A DNA stretch of 64,000 nt, from the NCBI GenBank assembly GCA_044892525.1, contig CM097885.1, positions 134,106,001 through 134,170,000 of the forward strand, given 5' to 3'. Each line of letters begins with the position of its first letter. Position 1 is the first letter of the stretch. Under the pieces are notes generated by a model. It had not been told where the DNA came from. It worked only from the letters and a program-made list of their open reading frames with translations, and searched no databases. The DNA comes from Schmidtea polychroa. Taxonomy: Eukaryota. Made by a program: the position numbers and the translations under genes. Below, piece by piece: positions 43,001 through 53,519 of this stretch.

Positions 43001-46000
43001 TAACAATTATTGTATTTCTCGAATTAGCCAGGAATTGTGTAATACCCTAATAAGTCATATATGTAAGTTTGTTCTTAATCAAAATTTAATGTAGAACAAC
43101 GTGAATCTAGTAGTTTTAGCATAACATTAACAGGTTTCATGGAAATTTTCTCAAAAATATGATAAACAAATTTCTGTGAGCTGTAAACACAAATACACAT
43201 ATTTGCGTGATACATTATGGCCTAGTGTATACCTTTGTCACTCCGTTTGTTTCCTCTAATTAAGCAAAAACGATGAGTTCTATACGAAACCATGTAAAAT
43301 CAAAAAATAATAATTTAGAAATAAAAATATGCGCTGTTATACTATCTAGGCTGGTTTGTATACAAGGAAAAGGTGGCAAAGAAATATACATATTAAAAGT
43401 TTTACAGTTAAGAAAAATTTATTTTATCACAAATTTAATTTTATATATTTTAATTTATTTTTTTACATTTGGTTTTGATCAATTAAAATTATATACATAA
43501 AATTAATTAAAGTTTTTAAATATAAATCTCAATTTTAAAAAGTTACAAATTCAATGGTCACAATTCTAAAATTTCTCAATAGAATTGTAATTATTAGATA
43601 TTGCTATCATTGGTTTGTGCTAAATTAATTCAATATCAAATCGCTATGTGAAATATATTCAAATGTGTAAATGACTAAATTGGAAATTTGGATGACTATT
43701 TCAATTATACACATTTGCATATCAATTTTATAAAATTATTCTATAAATAATATGACTACTTTTTTTTCGAATCACTTATTGATTTATAATAAAGTTTTTC
43801 ATTTTCAGTTCTATTTTTAGAATGACTAAATTAAAGGATGGTTTAAATTCGAAAATAAAACAAATTTTTAACTTTAACTTTAACATTTCCAGAAAATAAA
43901 ATTGTATAAATTGTAGCTATTTAATTGCTAAATATATTAATAGTAATTAATTAAAATTATTTATTTTTACTATATTGTTGGTGAAATTACACAGAACAAC
44001 GATCGATTTATAATTCAAAAATATTAGATTTTCAAATTTTTTCAAAAATATTTTCATCTCCACTGTGTAAAAAAATTCAGTTTTGGTGGCCCCTGTAATC
44101 ACATTTTATAAATATCAAATGTCCGAAGCACAGTTGATGTCGTTTCAAACCGTACCGGTATCCGCCGCAGGTTTCCTATTTGAGCAGCAAATAGATACGG
44201 GGAGTTGACAAATTAAATCTGTAAAAGGTTTGGGTCCATGAACCGAATATGATGGTCTTAATTAAGAAATGATTTTAAATTGAGATGGATTTTTGATATG
44301 AATAATGACCGAATTTTTGTCGTGATTTTCTTGTACACTTAAAGGTGAACTCAGAACTAACATAAAATTAATTAAGGATAAGAGTTTATTTATTTCTTAA
44401 GCCTAATATTACTCACCTATTTAAAAAAGATATTTAATTACTAATAACCTAATTGGTTTATTCCCTTATTCTCTCAGAATCAGCATCAATTGGTATATGA
44501 ATCCTGTTACCGAATTACCTGAAGTTATTGATGTTAGAACTGGTTGTGTCCATCATAGTTCTCCATATGAATTACCTGGTGGAGATGTAAGCAACAAATG
44601 TTCTCGTCTATCAAAAGTTTGCATGTTACTCAGATTAAAAGAATCTATTAATGCTGCAATTGATTATTTTGCAATGCGTCCTGAATACCAAAGAACAAGT
44701 AAACTTGCATTAATGTGAAAATATTTAAAAGATAATTCATAATTCTATAAAAACGCAAAATAATAAAAAAAGAATGTTTTTACAAAAACTATTTACCAGT
44801 ATCTAATTACTATGAACAATATTAGAATCTGCTGATCATATCCTTCCAAATCGAGATCTTATTTAAAACTAGGTATAAAACAATGAAAAAGATCTTTAAA
44901 TTTTTTTTTTATTTATCTCGCGTTGATCCAAAATGCAAATTACCCAAATTCAGCAAAATCATTTACTTTGTTCATCTTTTATCCGCTTTTTTATTTATTC
45001 TCATTGTGATTTTGACTATGTTTTTCTCTAGACAAAAAACTCAATGAAGATAAATGAAAACAATATATACTTAGTAATTTATCACTACATTAAATTGTTA
45101 AAAATCGAGAAAAAAACAGTATCTCATTAAACCCAACCTAAATAGCTTATTTATTTTAGTTTCGATAAAAATATTTATATTCTTATTTGTTAAATGAAAT
45201 TATTTGTAAAAATAACATTTAATCAAAATTCAATTTTGTTGTTTGAAATGAAACAATTCATATTTTCTGTCATTATTTTTGCATTGATCAAAAACATTGT
45301 TGATTTGGTGGTTTCGAAACTGAAAGCTATTTTTAGCAAGTCATAATAGGGAAAAAATAATTTTATGCATTAAATTTACATTTGAAAATATCATATGATT
45401 CACGTTACGACTAAAAGATCCTTAGATTCGCATAGAAATCAAGTTATTGGAACCAAATTCTTTATTATCAACCAGGCAGATATGTAGAATTTATTTTTCC
45501 ATTAACATTAATGCACTTTTTTATCATTGATTTGAAAGCCGCTCGGGTCCTTTTCTGTCACAATAATTACCAGAAAGTTTGGTCCAATGCGATCCAATAT
45601 GAAAATGTTATTTTCACAATCAAAATTTCATTTATCCATTACCTCTTCCGTTATAAACCATTTGAACCATCATATAAACCATCAGAATTTCAAATTTTTT
45701 CAAAAATATTTTCATAATGATCCAACATATGCTGCTATGTTCTCTTTGAGGCAAATCCATTTTTGTTAATTGCCTATGCTTATATATGTATATTGAGTTT
45801 TTCATTAAATAAATATTAACATGGGCATTTCTGACTCCACATGTTCTCTAAAAACAATTAGATAAACAACACTCAACATACATTTGTAATCAAATTGGTA
45901 TTATCTACAATTTACAAAGCTCCGAATATCGCAATAAAATGTCCATTCTGACTATTCAACAAGTCTCACTGTAACCGCTTGGGTTTTGTAACAATAGTCA

Positions 46001-47093
46001 CCTCTTTTCTTTAGTTAATTTGATTCTTTTATTTTCTTTTCCGCTAATTCTATCTTCTAATTTTTCCTTTAATCCTACTGTCTATTTCTTCGTACATATC
46101 TGAGGCAAAATGCCGATTGTTTCTGAATTTGAGCTCCCTTATATAGTTGAAATAATGGCGTTTCAACTAGATCGTCTCCTTTGACAAGCTTTGCCTCGTG
46201 GCCTTATTCATCTTCGAAAGAAATAATTAATTGTCCCTCTTGTGATAATCTTTTCCAATTACTCGTGTTGTCATGACAACGGTTTCCCAGAATTCATGTT
46301 GTTTACTTTTCTTTCTGTTTTCAATATTCCTTTTTAATCATGGAAATTTTATAACTCCAACGTATAAATAACTTTATATGTGAGTCTAAGAACGTAGTTA
46401 CTAGATTATAGTATATTTAACACTCAGTGCCATGTCAGTCATTTTTGACTTTTTTAAAAATAAGCTGTCAGGTCAATGTTAAAAAGGACTGTTTTATCTG
46501 CACTGGACAATTAAATCGTATTATCAGTTAATTAAAATAACTTTGTGATACTTTATGGTATTAGTCATAAAGTTAAAATCGCTAACATGTGTAAACCAAA
46601 AAGTGAAAAAATACCTGTTATATTATTTCTTAAGCGTTATACTCGCAATTCTATAATTCGCAATTTTATAATATCCCGGGTTCGAGGTTTTGTGGGAGTT
46701 GGCAACCCTATGGGTATCACAAATCTTACGCTATTTAATTAAATAGAAGTTCATAATTTTTCGGTATCATTAATACAATTATTTTATTATAAATTAATAT
46801 AAATTTTGATTTTTAAAACTCCAATAATTATTGAAATCCTTTTTATTTTTATCTATTATTATCCAAATTTTCATCAAAGCAAGTGTTACTTTTAATTAAA
46901 TATTTCCACAGGATACTTGCAGGGGATTAAAGGAGCCTGTGGATATGATTACAATAGTTTTAAAACGTCTGCAGTGGCTTATCGGCGATTGAAGCAATGT
47001 TTGTTTGAATCTTTATTAAATAAGCATTATGGGGAATGGGTGCCAAATATTGAGAGAAACAAATTTAATCTCCTTGAACTCTATGATATCTAA
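34072..47093 (+). CDS. adad: ADAD-like (catalytically inactive ADAR-family) protein: dsRBD plus pseudo-deaminase. Exons 34072-34556, 34608-34722, 37838-38077, 42127-42423, 42468-42649, 44478-44698, 46912-47093; 5' end unresolved
   Basis: All seven exons join in phase at GT-AG. dsRBD: ALNEIAK..GEGENKKDAKQNAAAEAI. Deaminase landmarks: VVAFGAG, IIAKRSLQCFFYNQI, LHLYMSHAPKGD, MSPTDKL..LGIQGALLSHLMNPVY, SINW, SRLSK, YGEWV. CHAE, PCG and SCSDK are replaced by FDAL, PKG and SPTDK. Confidence 0.9.
35138..35926. mobile_element. hAT-type MITE containing nested hAT-like ends
   Basis: TIRs CAATGGCGTAGCTA / TAACTACGCCACTG, exact 8-bp TSD CATGCTGT (35130-35137, 35927-35934). Internal CCAGGTTTTCCCAAAC and CAGTGGCGTAGG termini. 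Confidence 0.85.
36778..36993. mobile_element. pogo-type MITE (216 bp)
   Basis: Perfect 28-bp TIR CCGTATTTTAGCGCATATAACGCGCGCG with TA on both sides; same CCGTA terminus class as the 11863 element. Confidence 0.92.
37100..37460 (+). mobile_element. Penelope-like element 3' fragment (GIY-YIG endonuclease)
   Basis: LVYQFTCNWCNATYI [small deletion] RHLCTRVQEH..IKDH..DFKIL..CETLLIR matches the PLE GIY-YIG pattern VY.F.C..C...YIG.T.R.L..RV.EH. Confidence 0.8.
37687..37720 (+). ncRNA. Degenerate minimal hammerhead ribozyme motif (Penelope type)
   Basis: CTGATGA-T-GATAG-TGATG-CTATC-GAAA-TATAT: intact core and perfect 5-bp helix II. Helix I cannot be paired. Confidence 0.5.
40159..41328 (-). mobile_element. 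Full-length but decayed Tc1-like element
   Basis: Imperfect ~30-bp TIRs (CAGTGCATTGTCATAAGTAGATGGA vs CAGATTATTGTCATAAGTAAATGGA) with TA flanks. HTH start MPRIPGTSELSGVLRGRIIGQCESGRSQRNIA, then WRRPDQE and ISVMVCVAIWFNG. Frameshifts. Confidence 0.85.
46421..46452. mobile_element. Isolated piggyBac-like terminus
   Basis: TTAA-CACTCAGTGCCATGTCAGTCATTTTTGACT resembles the TTAA-CACT..GGTCATTTTGACC end of the 54767 element; no partner end found. Confidence 0.35.
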
Positions 47094-48940
47094 AGATTAA
47101 TAACCAATCTTTTGTATGACAATAAATTAAATGTAAAATACCGTCAAATTTTGTAATAGATGTATTTTATTAGACTTTCGTTTTAATATTTGTTTCTTTT
47201 TGGTAATTGATTTTTGGTAAGCATGAAGACCATATCTAAACCCTGACACAGTTAGAATAGTTTGTTTACTTTCTTTTGATGCATGTTAACGGTTCAAAGA
47301 ATGCCTGCTATTTTCCTAGCATAATGTTATGCCTACTATCAATAAGAGTTTCGATATCTTAACTTGAACAACTATGATCGAATGTTATTGTAACAAATTT
47401 GGTCGACATCTTTCTTTGAAATCCCAATAGTATTCTTATAATATTTTTACAAGTCTTAAAAGTTCACTTTATTTTTCTGCTGAATTCATTTTTTACTCTA
47501 TGTATTATATAAACAGTGTATTAGAGGCTCTACTCTTTTTGCCTTCTTTATTTTTCACTCTCAGCTATTGGGAAAAATATTTTTGAACCGTTTTCAAAAT
47601 TTTGTGAGTAAAAGCTTTTCTAATTTCTATTAATCGCGTTTATTTCATCCTTAGAAAATATTTATCCTTTAAGATTCTCTTTTTGAATCATTCAAATTAA
47701 TCTTACTCTGTTTTTAATTTTAATGCTTTCTCGTTTTCCATATACAGTAAAACCCCACTAAAAAGTGCCCCCCCCCTATTAAAGGTACATGAAAATGAGG
47801 CGCATTTGTATTTTTACGGGACATACAGATACAAATAAGCATAAGACTATACAGTGTGCATCGATTTAAAGTACACAATTTTATTTATATAATTTTAAAA
47901 AATATTAATTATCTTAATAGAAAAAATATCAATATATTTTAAATATCTTATATTTTTTATAATCTTTAAAATTCTAATTAGAGGTTTATTAGTGAAATAT
48001 ATTTATAATAATATTAAAAAGTTAAATATTAAAACAATTAAGTTGCTTTAATATTAAGAAAATTATTTCATAATTAAATTTTTAAGAGCCCATATAAAAA
48101 TGGGGAATTGCAACAAACAGACAGTTTGTGAATTTTTAGAAGATAAAGGTTATAGAATATCTAGGAAGGAATAAAAGAGTAAGATAAACGACAATAAGTA
48201 AGGATGATAAGTTAGAAAAAGAGTCAAGAGAAATGTCAACCGTTAACTAATTGTAAAGCAATGCAAATGATTTCAAAACTTGTTATTTGTGCTAAAACCA
48301 AGGGATTAATTGCAGTTTAATGAGAAAGTATGAAAAGTGCATGACAAAAAGAAAAAGCAAACATAACTTGATGAATTCTTAATTAGAAATAATTGTCGTA
48401 TCCTTATTTTGAAACATATTATTTGCTAGAATTTTAAACTTTACGACATTTACCATATATAAGACCCTCAATTTTTAATGAATATCAAACTTTTTATTTT
48501 TCAATATTTCTATTATAAGTACACGTGCATCCGAAGAAGAATTGTTTGCAAAAGGGTGTACTTTATATGGAGGTTTTACTGTTTTTATTGTTTTGAAAAT
48601 TTTGTTTTGTTATTTTTTAAAAATAGATTTGATAGCCCGATTCGACAGGAATTTATTAATTAATTCTTTTATGTCAGTAAAATTAAAAAATTAATTTGTT
48701 AGTGTTTTCAAACCTTTAAGACAGGAGGAGGATTGCAGTTTCAAATTCCATTTAAAAACGCCAATTCAATTGAAAGCCACCAAAATGGGTGATTTATTTA
48801 TGGTAAGGTTGAAGTTTAACTGAAGATAGCTAAAGAAATTTAATTATTCCAAAAATCTATGAAATAAATCACCTGCAAAATTCAAAAATATAAGAAAATT
48901 TTATTGTAAAAATTTAAAAATGATGTTAAAATAGGTTTAA

Positions 48941-48995
48941 CACATCCACTGCGCGCGTCGTAGCATATACAGCGACTATATGTGCAGTGAATTTG
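48941..48995. mobile_element. 55-bp piggyBac-like micro-MITE
   Basis: TTAA at 48937-48940 and 48996-48999; 14-bp imperfect TIR CACATCCACTGCGC / GTGCAGTGAATTTG (3 mismatches). Confidence 0.5.
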
Positions 48996-51312
48996 TTAAT
49001 GGACATAAAGTCTGTTTGTCAATAAGTGTAAGTTATGGTCAAAAAAGATTTCTTGAAAATTTTTATAACCGCATTAACAAATGAAGACCTTGTAAATTAA
49101 AAATAAACACATTAAATAAATTAATCAAAAAAAGCGACAACATATTTCAAAAAACTATACAAAGCATTTCAAAACATGAAAACAAGTTTTAAGTTCTACA
49201 TAAAAAAATTAATTTAAAATTGAATAAAATAAAAAACTAACCGTAAAAACATATTTTTAAACTATATCTCATTCTTAAAATTTCAATATGCCTGCTCCTA
49301 AAGTAAAATACCCTAATTAATATATTATTTTGAGAGGAACACTATTTATATTTTGAAGATTTTCAAAAAAGTTAATTATAGTACCTCCGATCGATCTGAA
49401 ATTTTGAAAGAATACATTGTTCTCGACGATGAATCTATCTGCCAAATTTAAGATTGATCCGATAACCGGAAATCGGTTAATTTTCCGCCACAAGATTTGT
49501 GTGACTAATACAAATATTCAAAGTGAAGTTAATATAGAGTTTTATTATAAAATACCAACAAAAATAAATTAAAAAAATTAAAATATTGTTGAGGATACCT
49601 AAATAATAAAATTAAAATAATTATTAAATGCGTAAAATTATTGGGGAAATGATGATAAATGAATGGGGTATTCTTCTGGAACTCAGTGAAATAGGAGTGG
49701 AATAGAGATATTGAAAAATGAGAAGGGAACAGAAGTAAATCAAATAAAACATACAATTTAATAGAAGGTCATTCTTAATTAACAAGTACAAGCGCAAAGG
49801 AAGCAAAACAGAATGCAATAAATATTTTAGTTCTAAATCTAATTTAGATTTAAATCTAAACCATGAAATCGAAGGGATCATTCGCGATCTAAGAATAAAG
49901 CCCACATAGATGCGGGAGTCTGTCGTATCTCGACCTTAACCGAGAACGAGCTCTTCCTGGCAATTGCAGCTCTACTCTCTAAAATACCAACAGCTCTAGT
50001 GAACGACAAGAGACTGTGAAAGCCGAGAGACCAGGTGGAACAAGTGGAAAAAGAAATGAATTATCAATAAGAGCCATCAGATGGAAAAGTATAAAAACAG
50101 AGACGAGAAAAGAATTTTGGACTAGAGAAAAATGTGCTACCAGAAAAATTTGTGACGAAAAGAGAAAATATGCTAGAGAGAAATTTGTTAAAAATTTGAA
50201 TTTTCAAGATATAAAATAAATTGTTGTGAATCTGGAAGCAGTTGGAAGAAACTTGAGTATTGACTTAGTAAATAGGAAGTAGTTGAGAAATTCAAATCAA
50301 GTTAAAGGCAATCAGATCAATTTTCCAAATCGCCCGTTACCGGCAGTAGTCAAGTGGTTGTGTTCTTAGAGTATTTTCATTGTTGTGCTACTCTTCATAA
50401 AGGGTTGTAATACGTGTCATGACTGTTCACCACATGACAATTCAACACACCCATCTCATCACTTTTGTCGGATGATGAGGGTAGGTCCATCACCACATTC
50501 ACCCTCAACAAATACTACAGGAGGGGCCTCAGAAGATATAGGATTAATGTATGTGCCGAAGAAAGGTGATAGATCCGAGCCGAAATCATTCAATCCAATT
50601 CTATCCACAAGTAATCCGACCCATCTTGTATAGAACATGTTATATAAACAATTGACTATTTTATTATTGACTATTCACTGTGCTATATATTTATTCTTAT
50701 ATTTTGTATTTTATTTCACTATGTTATATTGTGAAGATATCTATTTATATATTATATATTATATTGTATGAAGCAATTTATTTATTTTGGGTATGTTTTA
50801 TTTTTATTCTGATTACTCTTTTATGAAGTAATTGGAATAGAAACGGAGGAGTATTCTAGTTATCGGGACGATAACAATTCAAAGGGAGAAGGTAATGAAG
50901 GCCCTCTAGAAACATCTTCAAGGCCTAGCCGATCATCGAAAACAAAACTACTAAAAAAGTGAATCTACAGCAAAGAAAATCGAGATTTAAAAAATATCTC
51001 ACCATATGACCAATCAAAGGAAATTTATGGGAGAAAGCAGTCCTCAGAAGGAGAATATGACAGTTCAGACCAGAAATTCGACATAAGATCACCTAAACTT
51101 AAGAGGAGCCCGAGATATGCACAATTACCCAACTTGAGGAGTTTACCAACCGCACCAAAAGATGGGTTGGGACATTCAGAACATGACGCCACCAATGGAA
51201 AATTGGTGAGGATACAATATTCAATAACTTGACACATTCAACATTGCCAGAATTACCCAAAGTGCGCTATCCAAAGGAAGCGTTGGAGTCACTTAAAGCT
51301 AAATTTAAATAA

Positions 51313-52224
51313 TATAATATTCAACTGAGTGGTCCAGAATTACTGGAAGCAGAGCAAATACAATCGGCACCTCGTATGATACAATCTGATGGTAAATAAT
51401 CCAGTAAACCTGGATGAATTAATCGAATCGAACGAATAACAATTTTATTCGAAATAGACTCGATGGAGTCGGCTCTATGTGGCAACAAAATTTCACAGCA
51501 TTGAATGATCTGTTCGAAATCATAATTTACATAAACATCATCACTTAATTCATAATCCGATTTCATAAAGTCTAAGTTTGATTTTATCACATCGCTCGTT
51601 ATAGTAGAAGAAATTCTTCCTGTAGCCACAATGCATAAATATCTCGTTTCCTTTGCTAATTGAACTCCTGATGGATTGAGACTCGCAATATTGCGTAACT
51701 TGTAAATCATAGATCCGTCAACATCAACCACAGATGAGGCAATATATTGAATTTTATTATCATCTAATAAATTCCAAAACAATTTTGTATTAGAAAGCAT
51801 TTCTACAGAAGATTGTAGTAGATTACATTTGACCACGAGGAGCGCAAAATCACAATTTGCTGTCCGATTATTTGACAATACAGAAGGGTAATTGATATTT
51901 GATGGAATTTTTCTTAAAAACATCTCAAAATCTTCAGGATTGGCACAATTTTCAATTTTGCTATCAGAATCATCACTAAAATGATATTTCATCCATGAAA
52001 TAAACGCCATTTTAACAAAGGAACCGAAAGCCGTTTTTTAAAAACTTCACAAAAATCCAATTTAAGAAGCTGCCAATCTAATTTAATCAAAATTCCAGAA
52101 TTTCTACAAAAAACAATTTATAACATTTTATAAAAAATCAAAACCTACTTCTCGCGTCTGTGTGCGCACACCAACAAGAATCGGTCTAACCAGACCGCGC
52201 ACACAGACGCGATAGAAAAAAGTC
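51313..52224 (-). mobile_element. Unclassified ~912-bp insertion (hairpin-leader element, copy B)
   Basis: Sits between gag and protease of the host Gypsy; candidate TSD AAATAA (51307-51312, 52225-52230). Stem 52212-52196/52168-52152, GT-AG intron-like segment 52144-52104, then ATG 52010. Confidence 0.6.
51321..52010 (-). CDS. Intact 229-aa orphan ORF, possibly non-LTR ORF1-like (RRM)
   Basis: Single uninterrupted ORF from ATG in TTAAAATGG context to TGA. Alternating hydrophobic strand/helix pattern; no family confidently recognised. Confidence 0.55.
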   Translation of the reverse strand: MAFISWMKYHFSDDSDSKIENCANPEDFEMFLRKIPSNINYPSVLSNNRTANCDFALLVVKCNLLQSSVEMLSNTKLFWNLLDDNKIQYIASSVVDVDGSMIYKLRNIASLNPSGVQLAKETRYLCIVATGRISSTITSDVIKSNLDFMKSDYELSDDVYVNYDFEQIIQCCEILLPHRADSIESISNKIVIRSIRLIHPGLLDYLPSDCIIRGADCICSASSNSGPLS

Positions 52225-53519
52225 AAATAACTGCCAGTCAGAGGCAATCCCCCTCTGACTGGTTGAAACACCTGGATAAAAAGCCAATGATAAAAATAAA
52301 AGTGAACCGACATACACTCAATACTGCGATCGATTCATTAGCAGATGGTACTATAATTGAAGCAAAAATGTTGAATCAACGCGACCTACAGTCGTTAAAA
52401 CCGGCAGGAGTATCATTAACAGGAGCAAATGGATCCTCATCAAATGTAATAGGATCTTGTCAGATTAAGCTGTGTGACCAAGAGCTTCATCACGATATCA
52501 TAGTGATGAGAAGCTGCCAATCAGAATGTCTTTAAGGAACGGACATTTTAAAAAGATTAAAGGAGTAGTATTCGACTGTGCAACCAGATTGTTAATACGA
52601 GCACGAGGTAAAAAGAGGAAAATTTACAATGATGATACAGCTATCATACCACCCAGAGCAAAAACAGTATGCTTTGTAGCTACAAGCAATAATTGGGAAG
52701 GTGAAGTTATATTCGAACCAGACGAAAGGTTTTCTGAGAAATACAACATACCAGTTACTCATAGTGTAGGTTTAATAGTCAACGGCAGAATACCAATCAT
52801 GGTTTCTAATCTGAACGTTAGACCACTATACTTATATCCAAATATCAGAGTGGGCAGAATCTGGAAACAAAACGAATCACAAGCCTTGGGAGAGGGATCG
52901 ATACTCACCATAAAGGCAGAAGAAATGCTCCCACGGCCAATAGCAAAGTCCTTAACAGAAAAGAAAACATTCAAGTAAGTATGCTACTAAGAAAATACGA
53001 CCACGTATTTACGAAACATGAATATGATCTTGGGAAAGACGAACACTAGATTGTCCTTACCAATACCGTACCGAATCCCGTTCAGTCTTGAGGAATCGGT
53101 AGATAAGGAGTTGAAATTAATGTTGAAACATGGGATAATCAGACATAGTAAATCACCATATCAATCGCCAATAATAGTGGTAGCAAAGAAAGACGGATCA
53201 GTACGGTTGTGCAACGATTATCCCATGGTAAACGAGGCAACATGCAAGGATAGTCATCTGTTGCCATTATTAGACTATATTTATGGGCGCATGAGAAACG
53301 CTAGGTTTTTCTCAGTAATGGACGCTCAAAAGGTATTCTATCAAATTAAGTTAAAAGATGAGACCATACCAATAACAGCATTTTCGACAAGTATGGGTCA
53401 TTATGAATATAACGTTATGTCATTTGGAATCACGGGAGCTCCAGCCACATTTCAACAAGCAATGAATCTGATGCTCATGGATGTACATTACGCGATGGTA
53501 TACATTGACGATTCTCTAT

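Noticed and set aside
45940-46330. Possible non-LTR retrotransposon C-terminal relic on the minus strand
   Set aside because: Coding-like but no diagnostic motif; too decayed to call.
34072-47093. Active ADAR1/ADAR2 editing enzyme
   Set aside because: All three Zn ligands and the catalytic Glu are substituted.
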